Origin: Chloropicon primus
Lineage: Eukaryota
Direction of reading: 5' to 3'
NCBI GenBank assembly: GCA_023205875.1
Contig: CP060755.1
Coordinates: 682,001-746,000, forward strand
Length of the DNA: 64,000 bases
The notes below the pieces were generated by a model. That model saw nothing but the letters and a program-made list of their open reading frames with translations. It made no database searches and was not told the DNA's origin. Shown piece by piece: positions 1 through 11,161 of this stretch (position 1 is its first letter; each line of letters opens with the position of its first letter). The position numbers were made by a program, and so were the translations under genes.

Positions 1-1004
1 GCTGTCTTCTGGCTTGCATAATCGAAGCTCTGCATCGGATTCGCCTGAATTCTCCAGCAGCTCCTCCCATGAGAAAAGGAGGGAACTCGTGGGCTCCCCA
101 TAAGGGTTGACATCAAGAATTGTTATCCTTTCCTTTCTGCTGATGTGGATGTCAAAGGCGTACGAGCTGAGACTGTCGAGTCTCTCCGTCACAACTTCAG
201 CAAAGAAGGCGTTGACCTTTTCCATGATCTCGTCCTTGTCTGCGGCAAGGTCACTGGTGTCCTCGCTCAGGTACCTTTGGCTGACGCCTATGAGCCTCCC
301 TTTCACTACGAAGCACCTTAACTCCCGCCTCCTATCAAAGTCATACCACTTCTTCAAATTCAGGACTTGCTGGCACGCTCTCACACTTGCTTCTGGGTCA
401 TAGTCAGAGCAGTTCGCAAAAGCGTGCAGGACGTCGCTTAAGACTCTGTCCGAAGCTTTCAACATCAATATGACCTCCTCCGCGTTCTCGCAACGCAGTG
501 AAGACAGCGGGTTGATCCAAGTTGCATCCTTCGGGCATGACCAGTTCAGTTTTGGCATGACAGACCCTTCGAACTCACAGATCGCTTGATCGATGCGTGT
601 GACTAGATCACCAAACCCACTGAGCTTGTTGTCTTGAGTTCCCCCTTCCTCTTCCTTTTCACCGTCGCTCTCCTCGGCCTCATCGTCCCCAGCACTCGAG
701 CTTGAGCTGGACGACGTCGAATCACGCCTTCCGAACTAGGACCCAATCGATAAGATAACGTCGTCAGCGATCTCAAGGTTCCGGACAACTACCCTTTCGC
801 CTCACTTACCACCCTCGAGTCGTCCGGCACGCTTATTCCATCCTCCTTCAAGTATTCCACGAAGTCGCCCGCCAGGTCCAGCGTCACCACCTTCCCCGCA
901 TGCTTCGGTCCGAACTTTGGATACCACACGTGGAATTGACACACCCTCACCTCCTCCACCGTTGGCCCTTGACGCTCGTCCCTCCCCTCCATCGCCATCT
1001 TCAT
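1..1004 (-). CDS. CDC123: Cell division cycle protein 123 (D123 family), 3' end outside window; exons 1004-810 and 735-<1
   Basis: N-terminus VEEVRVCQFHVWYPKF..DFVEYLKEDG. After a 74-nt GTAAGT..CTGAC..TAG intron the frame reads EGSVMPKLNWSCPKDATWINP..LKASDR..LKKWYD..RELRCFV, typical CDC123 motifs. Confidence 0.88.
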
Positions 1005-1259
1005 TCTCCTGTGCTCCACACCACCAAGTAAGTTCTCCGTGGAATCCGGCGACCGAGGTCTCGTTCGAAAGGCCGTGAGGTGATTCTTCTGTCAGTGTGG
1101 CCCGTGGCGTGGTGTTCCTCCCCAGTGGTTCCCTCCTCCCTCGTTTCCAAGACTCCCCTCCTTCGCCCTTGTTCGCCGAGACGGTCCTGTTCTCTGCAGA
1201 GAAGCAGAGCAGGCAGAGAGAGGAGGAGAGCAGAGAGGAGAGAGGAGCAGAGAGGAGAA

Positions 1260-1289
1260 GGCTTGAGGCTTGAGGCTTGAGGCTTGAGG
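1260..1289 (+). repeat. (GGCTTGA)x4 tandem repeat with upstream GA-rich tract in CDC123/alpha-SNAP divergent spacer
   Basis: ggcttgaggcttgaggcttgaggcttgagg read directly. Confidence 0.8.
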
Positions 1290-1340
1290 GTTTTGTAGGG
1301 AGTGGAGGAGCGAGTGGGTTGAGGCGAAAGGGTTGGAAAG

Positions 1341-2207
1341 ATGTCTGACGTGCACGTGAAGAGGGCGCTGGAAGCCAAGGCGAAAGCCGAGAAGAAGCTC
1401 AAGGGTTGGGGATTGTTCGGAAACAAGTTCGAGGACGCTGCTGACTTGTATGAGCAGGCGGCGAACAGCTTCAAGCTTGGGAAGAAGTGGGAGGAGGCTG
1501 CGCAGTGCTTTGATCAGCTGGCGGAGTGCCACGTGAAGCTGGATAGCATCCACGAGGCGGCTTCTGCCATGAGCAGCGCGGCCGGTTGCATAAAGAAGGC
1601 CGACCCTAAGAAGGCCATACCATTCTATAACAAGTCGGCTGACTACTTCTGCAATCTCGGGCGCTTGGGCATGGCTGCCAAGTCCTACAGGGAGGCGGCG
1701 GAGCAGCTCGAGGGCGTCGGTGCGAACGAGGAGGCCCTGGACTTTTACGAGAAGGCTGCTGACCTGTTCGAGACCGAGAACCAGACGTCGGAGACGAACA
1801 AGTGCAAGCTGAAGATTGCGACGATGTACGCGGAGCTGGAGAAGTACAACAAGGCCATCAAGCTCTTTGAGGACGTCGCGAAGAAGTCTGTCGACAACAA
1901 CTTGCTCAAGTACAGCGTGAAGGGTTACTTGCTCCAGGCCGGAATCTGCCACCTCTGCATTGGCTCTCTGGAGGGCTCGAAGGAGGCCCTGGAGAGGTAC
2001 GAGGACCTTGACGTCACGTTCTCCGGCACGAGGGAGTTCAAGTTCATCCAAGACCTCATCGCTGCCACGGAGGAGGGGGATGTCGACCAGTTCACCCAAG
2101 TCATAGGGGAGTTCGACTCCATGACCAGGCTGGATGCTTGGAAGACCAAGCTCCTTCTCAGGGCCAAGAAGATTCTGGAGGAAGGTGGGGAAGACGACTT
2201 GACGTAA
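1341..2207 (+). CDS. NAPA: Alpha-soluble NSF attachment protein (alpha-SNAP/Sec17), intronless, 288 aa
   Basis: AEKKLKGWGLFGNKFEDAADLY, NNLLKYSVKGYLL, EFDSMTRLDAWKT and C-terminal EDDLT. Confidence 0.96.
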   Translation: MSDVHVKRALEAKAKAEKKLKGWGLFGNKFEDAADLYEQAANSFKLGKKWEEAAQCFDQLAECHVKLDSIHEAASAMSSAAGCIKKADPKKAIPFYNKSADYFCNLGRLGMAAKSYREAAEQLEGVGANEEALDFYEKAADLFETENQTSETNKCKLKIATMYAELEKYNKAIKLFEDVAKKSVDNNLLKYSVKGYLLQAGICHLCIGSLEGSKEALERYEDLDVTFSGTREFKFIQDLIAATEEGDVDQFTQVIGEFDSMTRLDAWKTKLLLRAKKILEEGGEDDLT

Positions 2208-2343
2208 TTGACTGCCGCAGCGGAGGTCTCGTCGGAGATTAATCAATCTGTTGTATCATGGCTTCATCGAATATTTCTTCTGTATAACAACCAAAATGAT
2301 AATACACACGGAGAGAGACCCGGATCCTCTCTCTCTCTCTCTC

Positions 2344-3227
2344 TCACCGCAGTGGGGAGAACGTGGTCGGAAACAGGGCCTGTGTGCGAAAGTGCTGCAC
2401 CGATGGCGTGACTGAGTTGATGCACTCTTTCCACTCCTTCACTTTTCGGGCGCTCTCCCTCGCTTGGATAGAAGCTTGCAGAGAGGGGTACCTCCAGACT
2501 TCGATAACCGTGTTCAGCATCCCCACATCGATGAACCCAAAGAACACGAGCTTCGAGTTGGAGTCCGCGGCGACCTTGTGAGGCAGGCCCTTGGCGAAGC
2601 TGTCCAGAAGCCTGGGCACGGAGTCGTACCCTGGGTGGAGCTGGTACTTCCTGCTCGAACGACACCGGCGACGGTCAGCGACGGACAGAAGGAAATAGAG
2701 AAACGACGAATGAACCAAACTCACCTTAGCTCGTACATGACCCCGTCCTCGTGCTCTGGCTCAAAATCTTGAACGAGGCTAGACCCAGCCGCGTCCATGC
2801 ACTTCACCGCCGGCTTGAAGATCGCAGACTCCTGTTCCAGAACGTGGGGACCTATCTTCACACGATACTTCTTCCAGTCCTCGTTCGTCCCCGCCTTGTC
2901 GCGCACCTCCTTCCTCTGCACCATGTCCTCGTAATGATAGATGTGATGCACCGAAGTCAGGCAGCCTCCCGTATCCGCCGTGAAGAACCCCAACCACCCA
3001 GGATGCAAGGCCTTCCTCAGCGGCCCTGCATCTTCTGTCAACCTCATGAACTCACCCATCCCCTCGTACTTGATCTTGTACGTCCTCCACTCGAGCAAGC
3101 CAGGACCGGGCGCCGTATCCTTCCCCGTGGAGAGGAACCTCTTCCCTCCTGCACCCGATGGGGCCACCAACCGCTCCACACTCCTCATCCCCTTCGCCAT
3201 CATCGCCATCATCGCCATCATCGCCAT
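2344..3227 (-). CDS. NIPSNAP-family protein (two NIPSNAP domains), likely mitochondrial; exons 3227-2725 and 2650-2344 (~269 aa)
   Basis: LLEWRTYKIK..GFFTADTGG..VHHIYHYED..R and MYELRKYQLHPG..GMLNTVIEVWRYPS..EW..FSPLR. The 74-nt GTGAGT..CTGAC..CAG intron restores frame. Start ATG chosen among several. Confidence 0.85.
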
Positions 3228-3570
3228 CGTCTCTGTGCTGGTGAAAGCAGCAGAATTGGTCCAAATCCTCGTCACTGAGGCGTTTCCCTTGACCGAGATC
3301 TCGTTGAAAAGCCCAATGAGACACGCTTGTTGATGATTCGTCCAATGGATCTCCCCGACCAAGGTCTCTCCGTCGTCTTCCAACGCCCTCCCTCTCGTCT
3401 TCTCGTCTGTCTCTCGAACAATTCCCCGCCAAAAAAAAACCTACGAAAGGAGAGGACGAGGGACCCTTTCGACGAAAGCGAGTACCTTTGGCATTGGACC
3501 TGCGGAGAGGTCGCTTGAGAGATCGACGCGCGGCGTGTGCTTGGTGGACACCTCCATCCCACGGAACCCC

Positions 3571-3604
3571 TCTTCTCTTCTCTTCTCTTCTCTTCTCTTC
3601 TCTT
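3571..3604 (+). repeat. (TCTTC)n microsatellite in divergent spacer
   Basis: tcttctcttctcttctcttctcttctcttctctt. Confidence 0.85.
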
Positions 3605-3690
3605 TTGGCAACGCACGCCACGCACGCATCAACCTTTGGACAGGCAAAGGCGAAGACCTTGGGGTTGGACACACCATCAACATCAACAAG

Positions 3691-4710
3691 ATGGTGTCGA
3701 AGAAGAAAGGTTCTAGTGGGAGGCAAGGGAAAGGTTCAGGTGGTACTGGAGTTCCGACGAGTGCGAGGAGACGGAGGCCGAAGCCGGCTTGGGACAATAC
3801 TGTCCACGACCTTGGCCAGTTCAAATTGTCCAAGGACGAGCAGGAAAGGAGGAAGGACCTGTTCACCTCTAGGCACCAAATGCCTGGGATGGAGAGGCTG
3901 AGGGAGTTGTGCGAGAAGTACGAGGGTGGCCGAGAGGCGAGGCGGGAAGCGGAGGAGGAGGAGGAGGAGGAGGAGGTGATGGGGGGACACGAGTTGGACC
4001 ACCACCAGGACCACCACCACCACCAGCAGGAGCGCCACGTGTTGCGAGGTGGGCCTGAGGAGGCCCCCGAGCAGGAGCAGGGTGGAGAGCAGGAGGCGGC
4101 GGACGACGCCAGGGAGGTCACCTCGACCTCGAGGCTCGGGAACGTGGAGACCTTCGACAAGATGGCGCACCACGCGGACGCGTACGGAAAGCTGGACCCC
4201 CACGAGATCCTGTTCGAGTACAGGACGAGCAACAGGGCCCAGAAGATCGTGGACAACATTCAGCAGATCATAGACATAAACATCGGGAGGATTGACACGA
4301 TGATGGCGGAGATGAACGTGAAGACCATCCGCGAGGAGGTGAAGGGCATCAGGGAGGACGTGGACGACATGAAGGAAACTCAGCTCGTCCTGAGGGACGA
4401 GATCAAGTCCATGAGGAAAGAGTTCGGAGGCCTGATGAGCACCCTGCAGAGGAACTTCCAGTCCCTTCTCACGGACAAGTACAACCCCAGGACTCAGTTT
4501 TCGGCCAGGCAGCTCGAGAGCGCGCCCTACGCCATGCCGACGAGCGCGTCCAAGAACGCGCTGGACTTCAGCGAGGCGAGGAGCCCGCTCCCCTCCGTGC
4601 CGATCCAGGCCAGGAGGACCCCCCAGCAAAGCTCCCTCTTCATGGACGGGGACGACGACGACATCGAACTTCCGCTCTACGCGGAGATGATCAAGAACCA
4701 GCTAAAGTAA
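3691..4710 (+). CDS. Coiled-coil protein with SPICE1/CCDC52-like N-terminal motif (~339 aa)
   Basis: A basic stretch precedes PAWDNTVHDLGQFKLSKDEQERRKDLFTSRH, resembling the SPICE1 motif WDNTVxDL..xxRR..SKN. Heptad coiled coil in the middle; strongly GC3-biased codons. Confidence 0.6.
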   Translation: MVSKKKGSSGRQGKGSGGTGVPTSARRRRPKPAWDNTVHDLGQFKLSKDEQERRKDLFTSRHQMPGMERLRELCEKYEGGREARREAEEEEEEEEVMGGHELDHHQDHHHHQQERHVLRGGPEEAPEQEQGGEQEAADDAREVTSTSRLGNVETFDKMAHHADAYGKLDPHEILFEYRTSNRAQKIVDNIQQIIDINIGRIDTMMAEMNVKTIREEVKGIREDVDDMKETQLVLRDEIKSMRKEFGGLMSTLQRNFQSLLTDKYNPRTQFSARQLESAPYAMPTSASKNALDFSEARSPLPSVPIQARRTPQQSSLFMDGDDDDIELPLYAEMIKNQLK

Positions 4711-4820
4711 ACAGAAACAGATACATATAAGATACGACGGTGTGGATCCAAAAAAAAAACCAGAAGGTTTTAATCGATCGTCTTTCCCTTTCCAAACAAC
4801 ACCCTGCTGCAGAGCCGCGC

Positions 4821-5612
4821 TCAGAACTTGTCCAAGACTTGCAAGATCTGAAAGGCGGGCCGTCAGAAAACGAAGGAAGAAGCGGATGGGCTTCCCCGGA
4901 TCCAGAGCAGCCGGCCGAGCTGGGGACGCCACTTACCTCGTCGATCGGCGCGTCCTTCTTGAAGTTCTTCTGGCGGAACTCGTACATGCACCTTCCATCC
5001 TTGTCCATGATGAATACCCCTCCAAGGACGAAGCCGTCTCCCTCCGTAGCATTGCCGCCGACCTCCTTCTGGAGCTGGTGTCCCTTGTACATCATACCCA
5101 CGTCGAAGAGCTTCCAGACGGACGCCCTCTTGAGGTTGAGCAACTGGTGCACCTCCTGCTTGTCGTTCTCGATGTACAGCCCGCCTGGCCAGAACTTGCC
5201 CTCCTGGAAGGACTCGAGGCCTGCCATCTCCAGCCCGAGGGCAACCATCTGCACCCCCTTCTCCTCGGCCTTCTTCTGCACGTTGTCCCTCAGCTGCAGG
5301 ACAGCAGAGGAGAGGACAGTGGAGGAGTGCAGAAGACAGAAGACAGCGTGAGTGAGTGACGTGGTGCTATGCTTGCAGACAGAAAAAGAGAGAAAAACGA
5401 TTCGATGGCGTTACCTGGACGGCATACCCGCGGCACAGAGGGCAAGCGAAGCGACGCATGACCCACAAGAGCACAGGCTTTTCCTGACTGAGGACAGACC
5501 CAAGCTTGACGTCCTCCCCCTTGGTGTTGAGAACTCCGAGAGGAGCAAACGCTCCCCTCAAGTTCTCCGGGGCCTTCTCCTCCTTCTCCTTCTTGAACAA
5601 ACCGAACACCAT
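4821..5612 (-). CDS. Peroxiredoxin-like 2 / AhpC-TSA_2 (FAM213/SelU-like) protein; exons 5612-5415, 5293-4937, 4847-4821 (~193 aa)
   Basis: VMRRFACPLCR (CxxC), GDGFVLGGVFIMD, YEFRQKNF..DAP; canonical splice sites keep frame. Confidence 0.85.
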
Positions 5613-5614
5613 CC

Positions 5615-5618
<4 letters not shown>

Positions 5619-5656
<38 letters not shown>
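5619..5656 (-). repeat. (GA)n microsatellite immediately upstream of PRXL2-like ATG
   Basis: Uninterrupted (CT)n on + strand. Confidence 0.9.
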
Positions 5657-5662
<6 letters not shown>

Positions 5663-5767
5663 GTCTGTCTGTGTCTGTGTGTCTCAACACCTCCCGCTCC
5701 TGATCTCCCCCGCTCGCTCCGTTTCGTCTCGCTCGCGCCCATCCGCAAGCTCAGGCGAAGGAACATC

Positions 5768-6579
5768 ATGGTAACCACGATAAGAGTGAGTAGAAGGGAT
5801 CGGGACGACAGTGCGGGAACACAAAGGAACTCACAATCGATCGATTCTAATCCTTTTCTTTTCTTTTTCTTTTTCTTTCTTTTGTCCCTCCCTCCCTCCC
5901 TCTGCGTTGCGTTCGTTGCGATCGGAACACAAGGTGACGAGAAGGCTGCTCGAGACGCTGTCCGGCGTGCCTACGACGAGCAGACCGGCTGGGAAGCAGG
6001 ATCCTCAATCGACGAGGTGAGTCGTCACTCGATTTGATTTGTGCTCCATCGACGACGGGACTAACGTCACGGGAATGCCTTCGTTCGTTTCAACCATTGC
6101 AGTAGCAACAACGCGAGGGGAGGAGAGGGGTCTTACCCCCAGGACTTGAAGCAGAGCTCTCTTAAGGATACGGTAAGGGCGGTGGTCTCTCGCGCTTGTG
6201 CAAGATTGCTGCGCGATTCCCTTGCCTTCTTCTTCTTCTTCTTCTGACAGACCCACTTTGCGTTGCGCAACAGGTTCAGTACGGAAACCTCCTTCTGAAG
6301 CACGAAGGGCAGGAGCTCGCAAAGGCCAACCAGTTCGCAGACGAGCTTATCGGAAAGTATGGGTATGAGGCCACATCGAAACCCGCTCCCTGCCAGGGGG
6401 AGCGGGATTCTTGCTTCAGTTGCTACAAGGACAACAAAGAGGTAAGAACAAAATAGGTTCGCTCGAGCTGGATTCTCTGACCAAGCGTGCGTGTTTGTTT
6501 TGGCCCATCCGCGCAGGACCCGGCGGCGTGCTTCGGGGTGGTGAAAAAGTACCACGAATGCTCGCAAAGCGCAAAGTGA
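5768..6579 (+). CDS. Small CHCH-type (Mic19/CHCHD3-like) protein; exons 5768-5785, 5934-6016, 6103-6172, 6274-6441, 6517-6579 (~133 aa)
   Basis: Four GT-AG introns join to give MVTTIRVTRRLLETL...KPAPCQGERDSCFSCYKDNKEDPAACFGVVKKYHECSQSAK*, with a paired-Cys C-terminus. Confidence 0.7.
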
Positions 6580-6707
6580 GCACATGACGACAACTTCCCT
6601 TTGAGCTCCGGTTTATCTTTGTACATGCCTAAAAACACTTAAAAGGGGGTATACAATCGTCATATATACAGTTTCGTTGGTACAGGGGTGTGAAACCAAG
6701 GAGGGTT

Positions 6708-7865
6708 TCAGGACGTTACTTCCTGCCTCAGGGGAATTGCACCGCCAGCGCTGGCAACGGGCTCCCTCTTGGCCAGGGCCTCTTGCATCATTGTCTGCAA
6801 CGCGGCTGGAAGCTGTGACGGGGCGTCCCCCCGGGTTCTTCGCGTGCCGACCTCCGGAAACTCCGCGGCCCACCTGGACAAGCTGAACTCCTTCGTCAAC
6901 CTGTTGTAGTGGTCGACCATCCTCATATTTGACGCCGGAAGGTCGCCGTCGAAGCTTCCCGCCTTGAGCAGGTTTTGGTAGTTCAAGACGGCGCTCTGAA
7001 AGGCGTCGGATCGGAAGGCGCTCCCAAAGCTCACTTTGCCATCCTCCCGCTCCTTGCCCAAGTCTATCTCCGGCAGCATAGTCGCCAGGACGTCCTTGTC
7101 CTCCTTGCTCAGGCAGGCGTCGAGGACGCTCTCTTTCACGATCGAAAGCAGATTGATGTGACACAGAGGAGACTCGGCGCTCTTCAGGACAGAGCTCTTC
7201 CTGTACTGATACCGCAGAAGCACGTCGTGCTTCTTCTTCTTCGGGGGCAAGGTCGTTCTCGGACTCGCGAGGTCCTCGACGTACAAGCTCCTGACCGTGT
7301 GCCTTTTCTTCGCTGGCTTCTGGGGAGAGGGAATGCCGTCCAACACCTTTCCGGGCTTCTCCTCCTCCACAAGGATTTTCAAATTGGCCCGCTTCCTCGC
7401 GCGCTTGGGGGCGCTCTCCACCTTCTTCTTCTTCGCTCTCTGCTTCTTCTCGACCTTCTTCTCGACCTTCCCCTTCGCCGCTTTCCCCTTCCCCGCGGAG
7501 GACGGCCGCACCTCATCATCATCCTGGTACTTCACAGGCACCTTCCTCTTCCTCTTGCCGCTCGCCACGATCTCCCCACCCTTCGCGCCCAGCAACGAGG
7601 AGGAGCTTGGCTTGCGCTGCTGCTTCCGTGCAGAAGCCTCGATCCCCCCTGCACCAGACCTCGAGACCTTCCCCGCGGTCTTCTTCCTCTTCCTCGCCCC
7701 TCCCTTGCTCATGGGCATGTAGCCCTCGAGACTTCGCTTCGTTATCCATCTCGCCCCGCAAGCGTTGCACAACAAGGGTTTGGATTCCGGTCCCTTCCTC
7801 CACATCGGGCTCTCCGTCTCCCCGCAGTGGTCACACGGACCCTTCTTCTTTCCCTTGAGTCCCAT
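6708..7865 (-). CDS. GATA zinc-finger transcription factor with C-terminal ASXH/DEUBAD-like domain (plant GATA26/27-like)
   Basis: [32 protein letters not shown] (CX2CX18CX2C); C-terminal [43 protein letters not shown]. Confidence 0.88.
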   Translation of the reverse strand: MGLKGKKKGPCDHCGETESPMWRKGPESKPLLCNACGARWITKRSLEGYMPMSKGGARKRKKTAGKVSRSGAGGIEASARKQQRKPSSSSLLGAKGGEIVASGKRKRKVPVKYQDDDEVRPSSAGKGKAAKGKVEKKVEKKQRAKKKKVESAPKRARKRANLKILVEEEKPGKVLDGIPSPQKPAKKRHTVRSLYVEDLASPRTTLPPKKKKHDVLLRYQYRKSSVLKSAESPLCHINLLSIVKESVLDACLSKEDKDVLATMLPEIDLGKEREDGKVSFGSAFRSDAFQSAVLNYQNLLKAGSFDGDLPASNMRMVDHYNRLTKEFSLSRWAAEFPEVGTRRTRGDAPSQLPAALQTMMQEALAKREPVASAGGAIPLRQEVTS

Positions 7866-7901
7866 CTCGCACCCCTCGGCCCCCTCCTCTCCTTCAAACG
7901 G

Positions 7902-7904
<3 letters not shown>

Positions 7905-7955
<51 letters not shown>
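7905..7955 (-). repeat. (GA)n microsatellite upstream of GATA gene ATG
   Basis: About 25 CT units on + strand. Confidence 0.9.
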
Positions 7956-7957
<2 letters not shown>

Positions 7958-8335
7958 GGGTTCGCGATCGGGAGGGCGACGAAGAGGAGCGGCGGGGAAG
8001 CGATCGATCGAAACGAGAGAACGCGCGAGGAGTGGGGAGCGGAAGAGGGTGCGTCAGCGACAAGGGCCTTTTCGCGAGCTTTTGGTGGATACCTTGGTCG
8101 AACGGAACAGCGCTGTGGTGAGGATTTGAAGCCGAACGACAGTTGGACAGATCGACGGAAGCGAAGAAGAGGACCACAAGAGGACGGCGACGCGTGGCGT
8201 GAGGAAGGAAGCGGAGACTCTCGCTCGCTTCTTCTTTTCTTTTTTGTGCGACGGAGCCTCGCGGAGGAAGCAATTGGGGACGGGCGGACTCCACGCGTTA
8301 TCGGAAGAGAGAACTAGAGGCAGGGAAGTAGAGGG

Positions 8336-9307
8336 ATGGTGTCGCGGGTGGCGGGGAGGCTGAGCACGGAGCTCATCCTGAGCTCGCGCCAGTACATGAA
8401 CGCTTGCGATGAGTACGAGATAGACCTTCGGGGAAACAAGATCGGGGTGATAGAGAACTTGGGGGGGACAGAGAACCAGTTCGACTCGATCGACTTGTCG
8501 GAGAACGAGATTGTGAAACTAGAGGGATTTCCGCTGCTGCCTAGGTTGAAGACGCTCACCCTCAACAACAACCGCATATCGAGGATATCCAAAAACTTAG
8601 AGGCGAGCATACCGAACTTGGAGACGCTCGTGCTGACAGGAAACAGGATCAACAACTTGACGGTGAGTCCGGGGTGTGCTTGAGACGGGCGCGGTTATGG
8701 GAGCGGATGCCTTCCTCAACAAGTGGAGTCGGGGGTGGGGTGGGGGGGAATACCCTCCCCTGCCTCTGCACACTGCGTGCCAATCATGTGCCCACGAACT
8801 GACACTCTGCGCCCTCCACATGCACACGCGTTTTCATTTTCCCAAACAGGACATACGAAACTTGAGGGGGTTGTCAAAGCTCAAGCGTCTCGTTGTTATT
8901 AACAACGGGATCACTAAGATTCCGCAGTACAGACTTCACATCCTCAAGCAAGTGCCACAGCTGCGGATGATCGACTTCGCGAAGATGAAGGAGAGCGACA
9001 GAAAGCTGTCCGAAACCATGAACGGCGATGACATAGGTAAGTTATCTTAGGTTCCGTGGACTCGCGGGTAGCGCGCTGTCGCTCTAGTTGTGACTGACCC
9101 GGCGACCCTTTCTCTCGCAATACTTCCATCGACGAAACTGACGTGGAACCAGACGCCAAGATGCTGAAGGACACTGCTGCGCCTATGGAGGACGTCCAGA
9201 CAAGTCCACAGAAGCCTAACATTGCCGCTATCAAGGCAGCTATCGCGAGCGCGCAGACCATCGAAGAAGTTCAAAAGCTTGAAGCGGCCCTGCAATCGAG
9301 CTCTTGA
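8336..9307 (+). CDS. SNRPA1: U2 snRNP protein A'; exons 8336-8662, 8850-9036, 9153-9307 (~222 aa)
   Basis: RLSTELI..EIDLRGNKI..IENLGGTENQFDSIDLSENEIVKLEGFP (LRRs); YRLHIL..LRMIDF; C-terminal AIKAAIASAQTIEEVQKLEAAL. Confidence 0.93.
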
Positions 9308-9800
9308 TGGCGCCCTGTCTTGTAATTTAATCTCCCCTCCTTTTGTTGGACGCTGCGCCCTTGGTCCTGCCCCCTCTCTTGGCCCCCAGCAAACACTTCA
9401 GCGAACGAAACAAGTGTGGTGGTGTGGTGTGGTGTGGTGTCGTAGTGTGCGCCGTGTGTGTTCAAACCTGCGTTCTATCCCCTGTCCCCCTGTGTACCCC
9501 TAAGAGGAAAAGACAGGCGATAATGAACTGGCTTGGATGTCTTTCCTTTGCTTTGCTTTAGAAAACGCGGTGTTGTGGAAGCAAAAAAATGCTGACTGTT
9601 CATCTTAAGCTTTTTTTGTGCCCCACGTGCCCTTCCTGCGTTCCAGAACCTCTCCGAGAGAGAGAAAGGGAGGGAGAGAGAGAAAGAAAGGGAGAGAGAG
9701 AGAGAGAGAGAAAGAATTGGCCCCCCGCTGCGAGCCCGACGAGTGACCAGAACGAAAGATTCCAACCATTGGGACTGGACAAGTTTGAAGCATCAGCTGG

Positions 9801-10611
9801 ATGAAGTCCACGGCAAACGCGTCAGACTCCAACGAGTGTTGCCTAGAGAGACCCGGGCCTTCCCCCAAGAGGGAGCAAGAGCAGATAGCGAGGAGAACCC
9901 AGTACAGAAAGCTCAACTTGCAATCCTTTTCGCACGTCTCTTTCGTTGTCCAAAATCTCGAGGTAAGTCTGCGAATAATCCAACAACAAAAAAAGAAAGA
10001 AAAAAAAAGACTTTTCTTTCTGACACTCTGCTCTGCTACCCATGCCAACCCGCAGGCCTCTCGCAAGTTTTACAGCGAGCTGCTTGGGTTTTCGGAGCTC
10101 GTTCGCCCTGGCTCCCTCAAAGAGCGGTGCAACGGTTGCTGGCTGTTCAGCTATAACATCGGGCTCCACCTCATCGAAGGGGTGCCTCCGGAGAGGCCAA
10201 CGGAGATATGTCCGGAGGTACGCGCAGGTCCGCACCACAAGCGAGGAAAAACTTTTGCCTTTCTGGTTGCTGACGCCCCTCGCTCTGCTTCTCGTGCATC
10301 ACCCACAGGCCGACCACTTCAGCTTCCAGTGCGATGACATCACAGAGGTGGAGAAACAGCTAACGACGCTTGGTGTGAACTACTTGTCCGACCAAATCGA
10401 TCACGCGGGTGTCTGCATCTCTCAGCTGTTCTTCCATGATCCCGACAGGAACATGGTCGAGGTTTGTAACTGCGACAACGCTCCCCTGCAGTTCCTGCAC
10501 GGAGGGGGGGGCGTCTGCTTCCCCAAAAGCATGAACTTGACCCAGCACCAGCATGAGGAAAACTGGAAGAGTCAAAGAGGACAGCAAGAGACGTCCCCAC
10601 TCATGATGTAG
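9801..10611 (+). CDS. Glyoxalase/bleomycin-resistance (VOC) family protein; exons 9801-9962, 10056-10217, 10309-10611 (~208 aa)
   Basis: SHVSFVVQNLEASRKFY..LLGF..RP..GCWLFSYNIGLHLIE..ADHFSFQC..QLFFHDPDRNMVEVCNC. Confidence 0.9.
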
Positions 10612-10694
10612 ACTTATATGCTTGTACACAGTTTTCAGTATCTTTTTTTTTATGTTATGTTATGTTACACGCTACCCCGCGACCTTGAGCGCGC

Positions 10695-11085
10695 TCAGCT
10701 GGTCGTGCCGCAGACGAAGGCGTCGGTGCAGACCTCCAGCAAGTTGCTCCAAGGGAAATTTTCGTTGGATTCGGGGTCGTGTTTCTCGTACATGATGAGC
10801 GCGCCGCACATCTCGGCCTCGTGAAACACTCCGTACAGAACCTCCGCCTCCCCCGAAGCGCTCGTGTCCACAACGCAGTTTACCCTCAAGTGGTCTCCCC
10901 TAAGCAAAGGCCGCCGTCGGTCGTCCCAGGAAACCAGGAAGAAAGTCTGACCGGGCCCGTCAGCAAATCGACCAGAGCTCCCCCGCTTTTTCCTGCGGAT
11001 CTCTTCCTCCACTGAGACCTTGGGGGATGAATCCCTCCTTGCCTCGTCCTCGTCCTTGTCCTCGTCGTCGTCTAAAATCCTTGAT
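10695..11085 (-). CDS. Hypothetical protein, 5' end unresolved
   Basis: Open, GC3-rich frame (..DDDEDKDEDE..FFLVSWDD..EVLYGVFHEAEMCGALIMYEK..) ending in TGA, followed by TGTAA at 10665-10669; no obvious upstream in-frame ATG. Confidence 0.4.
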
Positions 11086-11161
11086 CCTGCAGAGGAGGGG
11101 AAGGTGGATCTTGGGGCTCATCCAACCTGCTGCCGCTGCGGAGCTCGTGCTCCTCCCGGGG

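Noticed and set aside
4821..5612. PRXL2/SelU-like gene as a selenoprotein
   Set aside because: The active site is Cys-x-x-Cys with no in-frame TGA; the terminal TGA falls at the expected C-terminus.
9413..9440. (TGTGG)n tract as telomeric remnant
   Set aside because: Does not match TTTAGGG-type repeats; short simple repeat.
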